Shown piece by piece: positions 8,302 to 16,175 of a stretch of DNA of 64,000 bases (within the stretch, counting starts at the first letter, position 1; each line of letters begins with the position of its first letter). The notes beneath the pieces are model-generated. The model was not told where the DNA came from and did no database searches. It saw only the letters and a program-made list of their open reading frames with translations. The position numbers were made by a program, and so were the translations under genes. Source of the DNA: Alphaproteobacteria bacterium (GTDB taxonomy: Bacteria; Pseudomonadota; Alphaproteobacteria; UBA828); assembly GCA_965207055.1 (NCBI GenBank), contig CBDBLP010000002.1, positions 336,152-400,151 on the forward strand, given 5' to 3'.

Positions 8302-8340
8302 GCTGGAAACTTATGACATGTTAGGTGACATGTCAACGAG
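8302..8340 (-). promoter_or_regulatory. Candidate sigma70-type promoter with two ACATGTCA repeats (possible metal-regulator operator)
   Basis: The minus strand reads cgTTGACAtgtcacctaacatgtcaTAAGTTtccagcATG. TTGACA and TAAGTT are 17 nt apart. ACATGTCA occurs twice, overlapping the -35 element and the spacer/-10 region, and TGACATGTCA is a perfect palindrome. Confidence 0.4.
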
Positions 8341-8408
8341 CCAGCGCACAGGAAATGCGCCGCCGCGCTGCCCTCCCGCGGCTGAACAAGCGAGGTGCCC
8401 GGTGTGTG

Positions 8409-9155
8409 TTAGGAGCTGAGGTCCACAGGCCCGAGGGAGATCTGCGGGGACGAGTCGGTCAGCGCCTCCATCACCTTCCTCTGGCTGCCGCGCAGCGCGT
8501 GCTCGGTCAATTGCGCGGCTCGCTCGCCGTCGCCCTCGATCAGTGCCTCGACCAGGTCGTCGTGGAAGTGGTGGAACTCGTGCTCCCGCCGCTGCATGGC
8601 GAGCCCCAAGTGCACGATGCGCTCGTGCTGCTCCATGAGGCCGACGACCAGGGTGACCAGGCGCTGGTTGCCGGAACTCTCCGCAACGTAGCGGTGGAAC
8701 TCGCGATTGGCCCGCAGGTAGGCCGCCTGGCCGGCCTTGTCGCCTTCCGGATAGGTCGCGTGCGCAGCCTCGTTGAGTGCGCGCAGGCGCTCGGCATCCA
8801 CCTTGCCGGCGGCGAGCCTCACGGCAGTGACGTCGAGCACGAGGCGGAGCTGGAAGATCTCCTGAATGTCGCGCAGCGTGACCGGGGAGACCGCGTTGCC
8901 CTGCCGCCCGCGCGAGACGATCAGCCCTTCCTGACGCAGGCGCATCATGGCGCTGCGGATGGGCGCCTTGCTCATGCCGTAGCGCGCGACGAGCAAGCCC
9001 TCGGAGATCTCCTCGCCCGGCTGCAGGGCGCAGGAGATGATCTCGTCTTTGATCGTCGCGTAGGCGATATCGTTCAGGTTCGGCTCGGCCGTTCGCGTGC
9101 TTTCGTTCAGCGATTCAGAGGGTTGCGGGGCGGCACGATGTTTCGTGGATGGCAT
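8409..9155 (-). CDS. GntR-family transcriptional regulator (FadR/FCD subfamily)
   Basis: N-terminal wHTH (ISEGLLVARYGMSKAPIRSAMMRLRQEGLIVSRGRQGNAV) with an all-helical FCD-like C-terminal domain. The start is placed at the ATG at 9155 (MPSTKH...). Confidence 0.8.
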   Translation of the reverse strand: MPSTKHRAAPQPSESLNESTRTAEPNLNDIAYATIKDEIISCALQPGEEISEGLLVARYGMSKAPIRSAMMRLRQEGLIVSRGRQGNAVSPVTLRDIQEIFQLRLVLDVTAVRLAAGKVDAERLRALNEAAHATYPEGDKAGQAAYLRANREFHRYVAESSGNQRLVTLVVGLMEQHERIVHLGLAMQRREHEFHHFHDDLVEALIEGDGERAAQLTEHALRGSQRKVMEALTDSSPQISLGPVDLSS

Positions 9156-9636
9156 GGATCGTCGGGTCCTTGCCGGCTCCTGCCGGCGTAGGCGGCCGCG
9201 CGGCGCGCCGATACTGCCCGAACGTAGCGCAAGTGTCTGCCGCTCGCGAGGGCCGGCACAACCGGGCGCGAGCGCCGCTGCGAATCGGCGAGAGACCGAC
9301 GCGTCGCGGCTGGTTATCGCACACAAATGCAGCTATAATACTGATTATGATATATCTTATACGCTATAGAATAAACTGAGAACTGTATACCATATCTAGG
9401 GCAAAAATCTATATATGGTGGGATATGATAGACTTACCAGCGACTCGAGATAGCTCGGATGCATTCGTGAACGCTAACGCCCACGAACGCTGGCCTTCTT
9501 CTGGTGCCCCGAACCGCTAATTCCGCTCATCGAAGAATGCTGTTGTCGGCCCGCGGGCTGAGGCGCTTCTGCCTCCGCTGGCCAGGCCTCGTCGTCTTCG
9601 CCGTCGTCATCGCGTTCTCAGCGCTCTGTAGCCGCG

Positions 9637-9692
9637 GAAAAGTCGTGGCCAGTCACGCGAAAGGTCGTGGCCAATCGCGCGGTGGCCACGAC
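9637..9692. repeat. Iteron-like repeats: two direct 22/23-bp copies plus one inverted copy of the GTCGTGGCCA core
   Basis: GAAAAGTCGTGGCCAGTCACGCG (9637-9659) and GAAAGGTCGTGGCCAATCGCGCG (9659-9681) match at 20 of 23 positions. The inverted core TGGCCACGAC is at 9683-9692. Confidence 0.7.
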
Positions 9693-9920
9693 GAGTAGAA
9701 AATAGCGGGTGCGAAGCTGCGGTGTGGAACAGTTAGCCGGAGCGCGCGATGGCGCGGATAACCGCCTCGCGGGAGGGCGCACTACTCCCCGCGCCGCCGG
9801 TGTTTGCGGGCTCTACGGAGACTCGCTGCGGCCACCCTGAAGGGTCGGTGCATTGCCCCTGCATGGCCCCATCACGCCTGTTTCAGGGCCGAGGAAGCGG
9901 GATTGTCGCACCCGAGTGCC

Positions 9921-10391
9921 CTACACATGCCAGCGCCTGTCCCGGCCTACCGGATCGAACAGCCGAGGCCGGCGGCCGTTGCGCTTCGCCCCGGTCCAAT
10001 CCACCGCAACTATGGTCGCGTCCGCCAGGCCTGCCCCACGGAGGTCCGCCATGGAAAAATCCGCCGCAGTGAGGTCAGCGCCCATCATGGCTGCGTCACA
10101 CAAGCGAGCGGACGCGAAGCAGGCGCGCGTTGCGTCCGCTTGTCGCAGGTCAGCCCCGATCAGCACCGCCTGGCGGAGCGAAGCTGCGATCAGGTCCGCC
10201 GAATGAAGCACCGCGCCGGTGAGGTTGGAATTGCTGAGGTCGCTGCACGTCAAATCCGACCCAGAGAGGTCAGCCTGCACGAGCCGAGCCCCGGCCAGCC
10301 GCTTGCACCGCAGGTCCAGGCGCCGCAGATCGGCGCCGGCAAAGTCCCGCTCGCCGGCCGCGTATCGGGACAGCAATTCATCGGCCGTCAT
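9921..10391 (-). CDS. Pentapeptide-repeat protein
   Basis: 156 aa. A(D/N)L-type pentapeptide periodicity is visible throughout (ADLRRLDLRCKRLAGARLVQADLSGSDLTCSDLSNSNLTGAVLHSADL...). Confidence 0.85.
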   Translation of the reverse strand: MTADELLSRYAAGERDFAGADLRRLDLRCKRLAGARLVQADLSGSDLTCSDLSNSNLTGAVLHSADLIAASLRQAVLIGADLRQADATRACFASARLCDAAMMGADLTAADFSMADLRGAGLADATIVAVDWTGAKRNGRRPRLFDPVGRDRRWHV

Positions 10392-10484
10392 CGAGGCGTC
10401 TATATCGCCCTGCCACGGCCCGCGACAAGCCCCTTCCCAACATCGCGCGGGAGGTAACAGGCGGCATCTGAGTGCCCGCCTGCA

Positions 10485-13400
10485 TCAATACTCCACTTCG
10501 GACGAAGGGCTGGCGATCACGTTATCGCGGAGTTGGTTGTACCGGTCCCGCATCCTGCGCTCGATCTCGTCGGCAACCTCTTCGGCGACCTCGCGCGGAT
10601 CGGCGGCGTTTGAATGGACCGTGAGAGAACCGATGACCGACTGGATATTTACCGTGCCCGCCCGCTCGGCCCTGCGCTGACGGCGCCCCCTCGGCCCGGA
10701 CGCGGCCGCCTCCGCCTCGGGCTCCGGCGGTGTCCACACCTGATCGCCGTGGCGCTCGGCCATATCTGCGGCCCGCCGCCGCCGCCGGCGCTGAACGTGC
10801 GGAACCTGTCTGAGCCCGACGCCGCGCCAGTTTCCGATCTCCGGTGGCGCGTTCGGGTCGCGCTTGGGAATCAGGTCGAGGATCCACTGCGCCGCGTTCT
10901 CGCTCTCCTTCGAGGTCCAGCCTGGATCGAATGCCGCCTTGGTGGCGGCGCGGCCCGCGCTCTCGCCGCCCATAAAGCCACCCAGGCCGGCCAGGAGCGA
11001 CCCGCCGAATCGGATCGGTCCCGGCAGGGATCGCATGAGGCTGCCCGCGACACGCCCGGCTGCTGAAGATCCAGCCAAGCCGCCGGCGAGGCCGCCCACC
11101 TCGGGTGCGACCTGGTCGTCCGGTATCGCGCCTGTAGCGATGTCGTGTGCCGTGAGGCCCATGAGCGCACCGGCGCTGGCCGGGCCGAGGCCGCGGGTAA
11201 GGAGCCGCCACAGGCCGCCAGCCCTCGGCCGCGAGCCCGGACCAGTGCCGCTGAGGCGGCCTTCGCCGACCCTTGGTCGGGTGCCGGGGCCTGTGCCGCT
11301 GAGACGACCTTCGCCGAGACGTGGCCTGGTACCGGGTCCTGTGCCGCTGAGGCCGCCGCCCCTGGGTCCCGCCCGCGAGCCGGGGCCTGTGCCGCTGAGA
11401 CGCCCGCCGCCTGACCTGGGCCGCGTCGTTGGACCTGTGCCGCCCAGGTGCGCCGGTGTGAGCCGAGGCCGCGAGCCGGGGCCTGTGCCGCTGAGACGGC
11501 CTTCGCCTGCTCTCGGCCGCGAGCCAGGGCCGCTGCCGCTGAGACGACCTTCGCCGACCCTTGGTCGGGTGCCGGGGCCTGTACCGCTGAGACGACCTTC
11601 GCCGAGACGTGGCCTGGTACCGGGTCCTGTGCCGCTGAGGCCGCCGCCCCTGGGTCCCGCCCGCGAGCCGGGGCCTGTGCCGCTGAGACGACCTTCGCCG
11701 AGACGTGGCCTGGTACCGGGTCCTGTGCCGCTGAGGCCGCCGCCCCTGGGTCCCGCCCGCGAGCCCGGACCAGTGCCGCTGAGGCGGCCTTCGCCGACCC
11801 TTGGTCGGGTGCCGGGGCCTGTGCCGCTGAGACGACCTTCGCCGAGACGTGGCCTGGTACCGGGTCCTGTGCCGCTGAGGCCGCCGCCCCTGGGTCCCGC
11901 CCGCGAGCCGGGGCCTGTGCCGCTGAGACGCCCGCCGCCTGACCTGGGCCGCGTCGTTGGACCTGTGCCGCCCAGGTGCGCCGGTGTGAGCCGAGGCCGC
12001 GAGCCGGGGCCTGTGCCGCTGAGACGGCCTTCGCCTGCTCTCGGCCGCGAGCCAGGGCCGCTGCCGCTGAGACGACCTTCGCCGACCCTTGGTCGGGTGC
12101 CGGGGCCTGTACCGCTGAGACGACCTTCGCCGAGACGTGGCCTGGTACCGGGTCCTGTGCCGCTGAGGCCGCCGCCCCTGGGTCCCGCCCGCGAGCCGGG
12201 GCCTGTGCCGCTGAGACGACCTTCGCCGAGACGTGGCCTGGTACCGGGTCCTGTGCCGCTGAGGCCGCCGCCCCTGGGTCCCGCCCGCGAGCCGGGGCCT
12301 GTGCCGCTGAGACGCCCGCCGCCTGACCTGGGCCGCGTCGTTGGACCTGTGCCGCCCAGGTGCGCCGGTGTGAGCCGAGGCCGCGAGCCGGGGCCTGTGC
12401 CGCTGAGACGGCCTTCGCCTGCTCTCGGCCGCGAGCCAGGGCCGCTGCCGCTGAGACGACCTTCGCCGACCCTTGGTCGGGTGCCGGGGCCTGTACCGCT
12501 GAGACGACCTTCGCCGAGACGTGGCCTGGTACCGGGGCCTGTGCCGCTGAGGCCGCCGCCCCTGGGTCCCGCCCGCGAGCCGGGGCCTGTGCCGCTGAGA
12601 CGCCCGCCGCCTGACCTGGGCCGCGTTGTTGGACCGCCGCCCAGCCCGGCGAGCCGCGTGAACAGGCGGCCAGCCCCGCGAAGAGCCTTGAACGCGTACC
12701 AGCTGCCGGCGAGCAGGCCCACCCCGACCAGCAGCTCATCCTTGAACGAGGTGAGCGCGGTCACAACCTCGCCGACCGGACCGGTGAGCTTGTCCTGCAT
12801 CCAGGCATCGACGTCGGTCTTGGTCTCCTGGACCTTCGCGGCGGACGTTTCGGCCATCCTCGCGGCATCGCGCGACAGCATGTCCGGCGGCGCCTCGATC
12901 GTGAGAAAGCGTTCGTAGTCGGCCCGCCCCTGCGCCGTGAAAAGGCCGGAAATCGCGCGTACCCCTTCGGCGTCGATAATCCCCGACAGGCGAGTGATGT
13001 CGCCGTCTACTGCGTCGACGACCTCCTTGACGATGCGGTCCAGCGGGCGGAAAGCGCCCGTGGCGTCGCGAACGTTGACGCCGAGCTGCTCCCAGATCAG
13101 GTCGATCTTCTGAGCATCGGAGAGCGTGCGCAGGAACGCTTCCACGGCGGTCGTCGCCTGTTCGCTCGATCCGGTGGACTGGCGGGCCATCTGGGCGAAC
13201 GCGCCGAGCTGGCGAGCGGCGGCGGGGCCCTGGTAGCCGAGGCGGGCAAAGGCCGAGGTCAGACGCTCGCCCTGGGCGGCCATGTTGCCGACCGTAAACG
13301 CGCCGGACTTCCCCTGCGCCGTCCACAGGTTGAAGGCCCGCGCGACGCCGGCCGGATCGGTGATGCCGAGTTTGCGCATCTCGGCGGCAAGGCGGCCGAT

Positions 13401-14174
13401 GGCGTCGCCAGTGCCGCCCGATCCCTGAATTGCCTGGGCGACCAGCACCAGATTGTCGCGCACAAAGTCCAGGTCTCCCGTCTTCTCGATGACTGCCTCG
13501 GCGGCGGCGAGAAGCTGCGACGGATCGAGGCGTATTTCCTTCAGGTTGGCAGTCGCGTTCACTTCCTGCTGAAACCGTTTGATCTCTTCCCTGGACCGCC
13601 CGGTCTGTATTTCGAGCCGCGCGTAGCGCTGCTCCAGGGTGAGCATGCGCTTGAGGCCACTGGCGATGGCAAAGCCGCCGCCTGCAATTCCGAGGACGCC
13701 TGCGCCCAGGCCGATTCCGCCGCGCAGCCTGCCTGCGGTACGGGCCGCGAGGCCGGCTTCCGTGCGGAATCCCTTCAGGCGCCGGGTGAGGCGGCCAAGG
13801 GACCGCTCGCCGTCCCGGCCGGCCCGGCGGAGCCCGTGGCCGAGGCGGTTTGCTTCCTGGGTGGTCCGCTGGATCTCGCGCCGCGCGCCGCGCGCGCCCT
13901 CACGGACGCCGCGGCCCATGAGCGAGCCGCTGCGGCTTGCCTTCATCAATCCGCCGCTGAGGCGGCTCGCTTCCTTGGTGGTCCGCTGGACTTCGCGCCG
14001 TGCGCCGCGCGTGCCCTTGGCGACGTTGCGGCCCATGAGCGAGCCGCTGCCTGCGGCCTTGCGGAGGCTGCCGCCGAGGCGCTCGGTGTCCTGCGCCGCC
14101 CCCTTCGCGCCGCGGCGGAAGCGCCCCGCCGCGAGGTCGAGGAGGACGCCTACGCGATAGGTGGAATCGGCCAT
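10485..14174 (-). CDS. Phage tail tape-measure-like protein with a large internal G/P/R-rich repeat array
   Basis: 1,229 aa. Residues about 180-420 resemble the TP901-type tape-measure N-terminal domain (LEIQTGRSREEIKRFQQEV..., LGITDPAGVARAFNLW..., AFLRTLSDAQ...). Gly-rich hydrophobic segments follow. Confidence 0.7.
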   Translation of the reverse strand: MADSTYRVGVLLDLAAGRFRRGAKGAAQDTERLGGSLRKAAGSGSLMGRNVAKGTRGARREVQRTTKEASRLSGGLMKASRSGSLMGRGVREGARGARREIQRTTQEANRLGHGLRRAGRDGERSLGRLTRRLKGFRTEAGLAARTAGRLRGGIGLGAGVLGIAGGGFAIASGLKRMLTLEQRYARLEIQTGRSREEIKRFQQEVNATANLKEIRLDPSQLLAAAEAVIEKTGDLDFVRDNLVLVAQAIQGSGGTGDAIGRLAAEMRKLGITDPAGVARAFNLWTAQGKSGAFTVGNMAAQGERLTSAFARLGYQGPAAARQLGAFAQMARQSTGSSEQATTAVEAFLRTLSDAQKIDLIWEQLGVNVRDATGAFRPLDRIVKEVVDAVDGDITRLSGIIDAEGVRAISGLFTAQGRADYERFLTIEAPPDMLSRDAARMAETSAAKVQETKTDVDAWMQDKLTGPVGEVVTALTSFKDELLVGVGLLAGSWYAFKALRGAGRLFTRLAGLGGGPTTRPRSGGGRLSGTGPGSRAGPRGGGLSGTGPGTRPRLGEGRLSGTGPGTRPRVGEGRLSGSGPGSRPRAGEGRLSGTGPGSRPRLTPAHLGGTGPTTRPRSGGGRLSGTGPGSRAGPRGGGLSGTGPGTRPRLGEGRLSGTGPGSRAGPRGGGLSGTGPGTRPRLGEGRLSGTGPGTRPRVGEGRLSGSGPGSRPRAGEGRLSGTGPGSRPRLTPAHLGGTGPTTRPRSGGGRLSGTGPGSRAGPRGGGLSGTGPGTRPRLGEGRLSGTGPGTRPRVGEGRLSGTGPGSRAGPRGGGLSGTGPGTRPRLGEGRLSGTGPGSRAGPRGGGLSGTGPGTRPRLGEGRLSGTGPGTRPRVGEGRLSGSGPGSRPRAGEGRLSGTGPGSRPRLTPAHLGGTGPTTRPRSGGGRLSGTGPGSRAGPRGGGLSGTGPGTRPRLGEGRLSGTGPGTRPRVGEGRLSGTGPGSRPRAGGLWRLLTRGLGPASAGALMGLTAHDIATGAIPDDQVAPEVGGLAGGLAGSSAAGRVAGSLMRSLPGPIRFGGSLLAGLGGFMGGESAGRAATKAAFDPGWTSKESENAAQWILDLIPKRDPNAPPEIGNWRGVGLRQVPHVQRRRRRRAADMAERHGDQVWTPPEPEAEAAASGPRGRRQRRAERAGTVNIQSVIGSLTVHSNAADPREVAEEVADEIERRMRDRYNQLRDNVIASPSSEVEY
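11215..12645. repeat. About 30 tandem in-frame copies of a 48-bp (16-aa) unit organised in higher-order repeats
   Basis: The unit is GEGRLSGTGPGSRPRx. The TPAHLGGTGPTTRPRS variant recurs at 528-bp and 384-bp spacing (11 and 8 units). Long stretches are nearly identical at the DNA level. Confidence 0.85.
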
Positions 14175-14177
14175 CGG

Positions 14178-14666
14178 CTAATTCGGCGGCCCGGCACCGG
14201 CGAAGCGCCATTGCGTGCCTGGAGAGGTATGCACGGCCGCGCGGTTCTTGGTCGGGGTGGCAACCCCGGACAGGTCCGCGTCGCCGACCCAGGTGCCGCC
14301 CATGTCCGCATCCGTGAGCACGGCGCCCGCCAGGTCGACGGCGCTCATATAGGCGTGGCGCAGGTCGGCACGCTCGAGGTTCGCGCCAGCCATATAGGCA
14401 TTGGTCAGGATCGCATGGCGCAGGTCAGCGGCGCCCAGGTACGCGCCGGCAAAGCAGGCTCCGATGAGATTCGCCCCCCGAAGATCCGCGCCGCCGAGAA
14501 AGGCGCCAGCGAAGCGCGATCCCTCCAAATCGGCAGCTTGGAGACAGCACCCGGTGAGGTCCGCCCCCGCAAAATCGGCGAAGGGCAGACGCGCCGCCCA
14601 GAAGTCAGCATGCGACAGGTCGAAGCCGGCAAAATCACGGCCGGCTACGAGCAGTGCGGCCGCCAT
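14178..14666 (-). CDS. Pentapeptide-repeat protein
   Basis: 162 aa with continuous pentapeptide periodicity (ADFAGADLTGCCLQAADLEGSRFAGAFLGGADLRGANLIGACFAGAYLGAADLRHAIL...). Its stop is 4 nt upstream of the tape-measure start. Confidence 0.85.
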   Translation of the reverse strand: MAAALLVAGRDFAGFDLSHADFWAARLPFADFAGADLTGCCLQAADLEGSRFAGAFLGGADLRGANLIGACFAGAYLGAADLRHAILTNAYMAGANLERADLRHAYMSAVDLAGAVLTDADMGGTWVGDADLSGVATPTKNRAAVHTSPGTQWRFAGAGPPN

Positions 14667-14667
14667 G

Positions 14668-15666
14668 TCAGGCGGCCCGCGCGACCAAGTCGAAATTCGG
14701 ATCGTTCACGAGCGCGACGGATGACAGGCCGGTTACCTCGCCCGCGCTGTCGTGCGTGAGGGCCGGCGACAGGTGCCGGTACTCCCCGTTTGCGATCGCC
14801 GCAGCGGCCGCGTCGCCGAGCTGCATGTCCGCGTCGAGTCCGCCGTTCCCGTTGACGCGGAAATTCGAGAGCCAGCCCTCGGCCCGCGTGCTGCCGGCGA
14901 AGGTCGGCGAAACGCGCTCCGACCTATGGTCGAAGTCGATGCGGGGCGCCACGGCCTGCGCGTTGATGCGCGCCGCGAGCGCGGCCATGCTCTTGACCCG
15001 AAAGCGGCGGCCGTCGCGGCCTGTCAGGTAGCCGCCGCGCGGGGGAGGAATCACCTCCATCGTGAGCGAAGCGCCGCGCAGGTTCAGGGAAACCACCCAA
15101 GGATTGAGTGCAGAATCCGACGCCGCCATCATCGCCCGCTGGCGCGGCGGTGCGCTGCCCGGCGTTTTGCTGGTCAGCGCCCTATAGAATACCGCTCGCG
15201 CGTCGCGGTGCTCCATGGCGACCTCGCCGAGCCGATAGAACACGCGGGCGGTGCCCGCTTCGTCCGGATCGCCGCTACCGAGATCAATGTCCATGACCTC
15301 GGCCACCGCGCGCTTCTCCGCAGGCAAGGCGGCCACCCATGCCTGGACTACCAACTTGATGCTCTTGTCGCCGCCCTCCGCCATGAGGCCGATGGCGAAG
15401 GCGTCCCGCGAGGCGAAGTCAACCCCGCCCATCGCCTCGGCCACCACGTCGTGGGGCGTAGGTATGAGCGCCTGGCGAATCTGTTCCTGGTCGACATGCA
15501 TGCCCATGGCGCCCACGCCGTACCAAAAGCACGCCGTGGCCTTTTCGCCCTTCTCGCCGGCCGCGTAGAGCGGCCCGAGGCCTACCGATTCGGCGGCGCG
15601 CTTGCGCCGAGCCTCGGCGGCCCCGCACCATGCAGCGATTATGCTGTCCGGACCGCCCAACATCAC
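14668..15666 (-). CDS. Protein with a C-terminal Mu gpI-like (Mu-like_Pro) prohead protease domain and an unknown N-terminal half
   Basis: The C-terminal half (IPPPRGGYLTGRDGRRF...RIDFDHRSE...AEGWLSNFRVNGNGGLDADMQL...ANGEYRHLSPAL...GLSSVALVNDPNF) parallels Mu gpI landmarks recalled from memory: RARDGRP, IDYEHQ, AGWF, EYRYISPVF, ALTNxPAL. Confidence 0.6.
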   Translation of the reverse strand: MMLGGPDSIIAAWCGAAEARRKRAAESVGLGPLYAAGEKGEKATACFWYGVGAMGMHVDQEQIRQALIPTPHDVVAEAMGGVDFASRDAFAIGLMAEGGDKSIKLVVQAWVAALPAEKRAVAEVMDIDLGSGDPDEAGTARVFYRLGEVAMEHRDARAVFYRALTSKTPGSAPPRQRAMMAASDSALNPWVVSLNLRGASLTMEVIPPPRGGYLTGRDGRRFRVKSMAALAARINAQAVAPRIDFDHRSERVSPTFAGSTRAEGWLSNFRVNGNGGLDADMQLGDAAAAAIANGEYRHLSPALTHDSAGEVTGLSSVALVNDPNFDLVARAA

Positions 15667-16175
15667 GCCGCCCTCTGGCCGCGCAGCTGCGCCAGGCGGT
15701 CTTCGGCTGCCCGCTCGGCCGGAGTGAGTGCCGCCCGGCGGGCCTTCTCGGCCTCGGCCGCTTCGCGCTCGGCCGCCTTGCGCTCGCCTCTCTCTTTCGC
15801 CAGGCGCTCGCGCTCGGCTTTCTCGGCCGCCTTGCGCTCGGCCTTCTCGGCGGCCTCGTCCAGCGCGCGCTGCTGGGCCTCCGCCTCCCGCATTTCGGCG
15901 GCGAACTGGCGCGCCTCGATCATCCGCGCCTGGATGCGCTCAATGATTGTGACGGCATTCTGGTGCGCGGCAGCCACCTTTCTCCAGTCGTCAACGGCGG
16001 CTTCGCAGTAGTTCTCATCGCCGCTGTACCGGCGGCCGCATATCGACCCCTGAAACTCGGCGTCGTGCGAAACTCGCGCCAGCTCTCGCCGGTCCTTGGT
16101 ATCAGCCTCGCCGAGAGCGGCCAGCGCCTCCGCCAGGGTGGCCGCGTGGCGGCCGGGATCACTCCATTTGCTCAT
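15663..16175 (-). CDS. Coiled-coil, charge-repeat protein (scaffold-like), function unknown
   Basis: 170 aa from the ATG at 16175, which forms an ATGA overlap with the upstream gene. The C-terminal half is AEKAERKAAEKAERERLAKERGERKAAEREAAEAEKARR. Confidence 0.5.
   Translation of the reverse strand: MSKWSDPGRHAATLAEALAALGEADTKDRRELARVSHDAEFQGSICGRRYSGDENYCEAAVDDWRKVAAAHQNAVTIIERIQARMIEARQFAAEMREAEAQQRALDEAAEKAERKAAEKAERERLAKERGERKAAEREAAEAEKARRAALTPAERAAEDRLAQLRGQRAA

Noticed and set aside
9504-9698. A 64-aa ORF lies in the gene-free region left of the phage block.
   Set aside because: It has no RBS or homology signal, it overlaps the iteron-like repeats, and its composition is that of a random GC-rich frame.
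11215-12645. The regular 48-bp periodic repeat array could be a CRISPR array.
   Set aside because: There is no repeat/unique-spacer alternation. The whole array is one open reading frame continuous with flanking coding sequence, and no cas genes are present in the window.
10864-12918. A 684-aa plus-strand ORF, and several 80-160-aa ORFs (11448, 11976, 12360), lie antisense to the tape-measure repeat array.
   Set aside because: They exist only because the 48-bp repeat lacks stop codons in several frames. Their products are pure Pro/Arg/Gly or Ala/Glu low complexity. The minus-strand frame connects recognisable N- and C-terminal tape-measure regions.
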